DNA of 60,031 nucleotides, filler included, from Bonamia ostreae (Eukaryota): NCBI GenBank assembly GCA_040357525.1. It is 9 parts of 9 records of this genome, joined end to end, with 100 filler letters (N's around TTAATTAATTAA, not from the genome) between each part and the next. Parts side by side here need not be neighbours in the genome. Positions count along the whole stretch, not along the records: positions 53,543 to 60,031 come from JBDODL010000121.1; 8 more parts are not named here. One strand, 5' to 3'. Shown piece by piece: positions 59,530 to 60,031 of this stretch (position 1 is its first letter; each line of letters starts with the position of its first letter). The notes under the pieces were generated by a model. It saw only the letters and a program-made list of their open reading frames with translations, ran no database searches and was not told where the DNA came from. The position numbers and the translations under genes were made by a program.

Positions 59530-60031
59530 GGTATCTCATGTGGAAACCAGATGGCGAAGTGCCGACTAAACCCAACATTTGCGAGATCTTACCCCGCTAA
59601 AACCAGCTGAGCCTCGTTCCTTCTTATGGTTTCTATACTTAATCCTATACTCTACAGATTTCTTAATGGGATTTATAAATTTGCTTTCCGAAATAATTCT
59701 TTTTTTGCAGTATTAATCTCTAATGAATTCACCAATATAATAGATGTCTCTTTTGTTGTATGTATTTATAGTTTCGTTTTTATTCTTAAGGATATAGGTA
59801 ACGTTTTAGCTTCTAAATTAGTTTCTGTACCTTTAGATAATCGGTTTACTCCTAAAGCGGATGTAAGTACTTGGTGTTCAATTAACTCAATTTTATTGAA
59901 CTTTGTTTTACAAGTATCACTCATTTCTGAATTGTATTCTATAAATGGGTGTACCAAAGTTTTGTGCATAGAAATTCCTTTTTTTGTAGTATATTGTGTT
60001 TTTTGCTGATATACTTAATCATTCTAATTCT
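59530..60031 (-). mobile_element. Degenerate non-LTR retrotransposon (LINE) 3' fragment
   Basis: KTLVHPFIEYNS...KIELIEHQVLTSALGV...EAKTLPISLRIK resembles the post-RT region of I/Jockey-type ORF2. Frameshift and stops are present; a GC-richer putative 3' UTR lies at 59530-59625. Confidence 0.65.

Overview
AT-rich, very compact eukaryotic (protist) nuclear DNA. It is not one locus: eight artificial 100-nt linkers (44N-TTAATTAATTAA-44N) join nine ~6.5-6.6 kb contigs sorted by decreasing length, so adjacency across linkers means nothing. About 40 protein genes are supported. Many introns are tiny (19-25 nt), with GTT donors and A-rich acceptors, while others are inflated by minisatellites. The gene set includes mitochondrial functions (Tim44, IBA57, TAM41, MCU, MnSOD, uL24m-like), ribosomal proteins, and Cys-rich/sushi surface proteins; this fits a mitochondriate parasitic protist such as a haplosporidian (inference only). 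Main findings: (1) a PPi-dependent phosphofructokinase spliced in frame to a degenerate class-I FBPase domain, with a second divergent FBPase paralogue on the same scaffold; (2) two head-to-head genes encoding only the N-terminal TM/IMS module of the m-AAA protease; (3) an H/ACA and a C/D snoRNA in consecutive RPS3a introns, each with a recognisable LSU rRNA target; (4) a probably myristoylated stand-alone Hsp70 lid domain; (5) a plant-type LRR plus sushi receptor; (6) two leaderless collagen-like proteins. All family calls come from motif recognition by eye; no database search was run.
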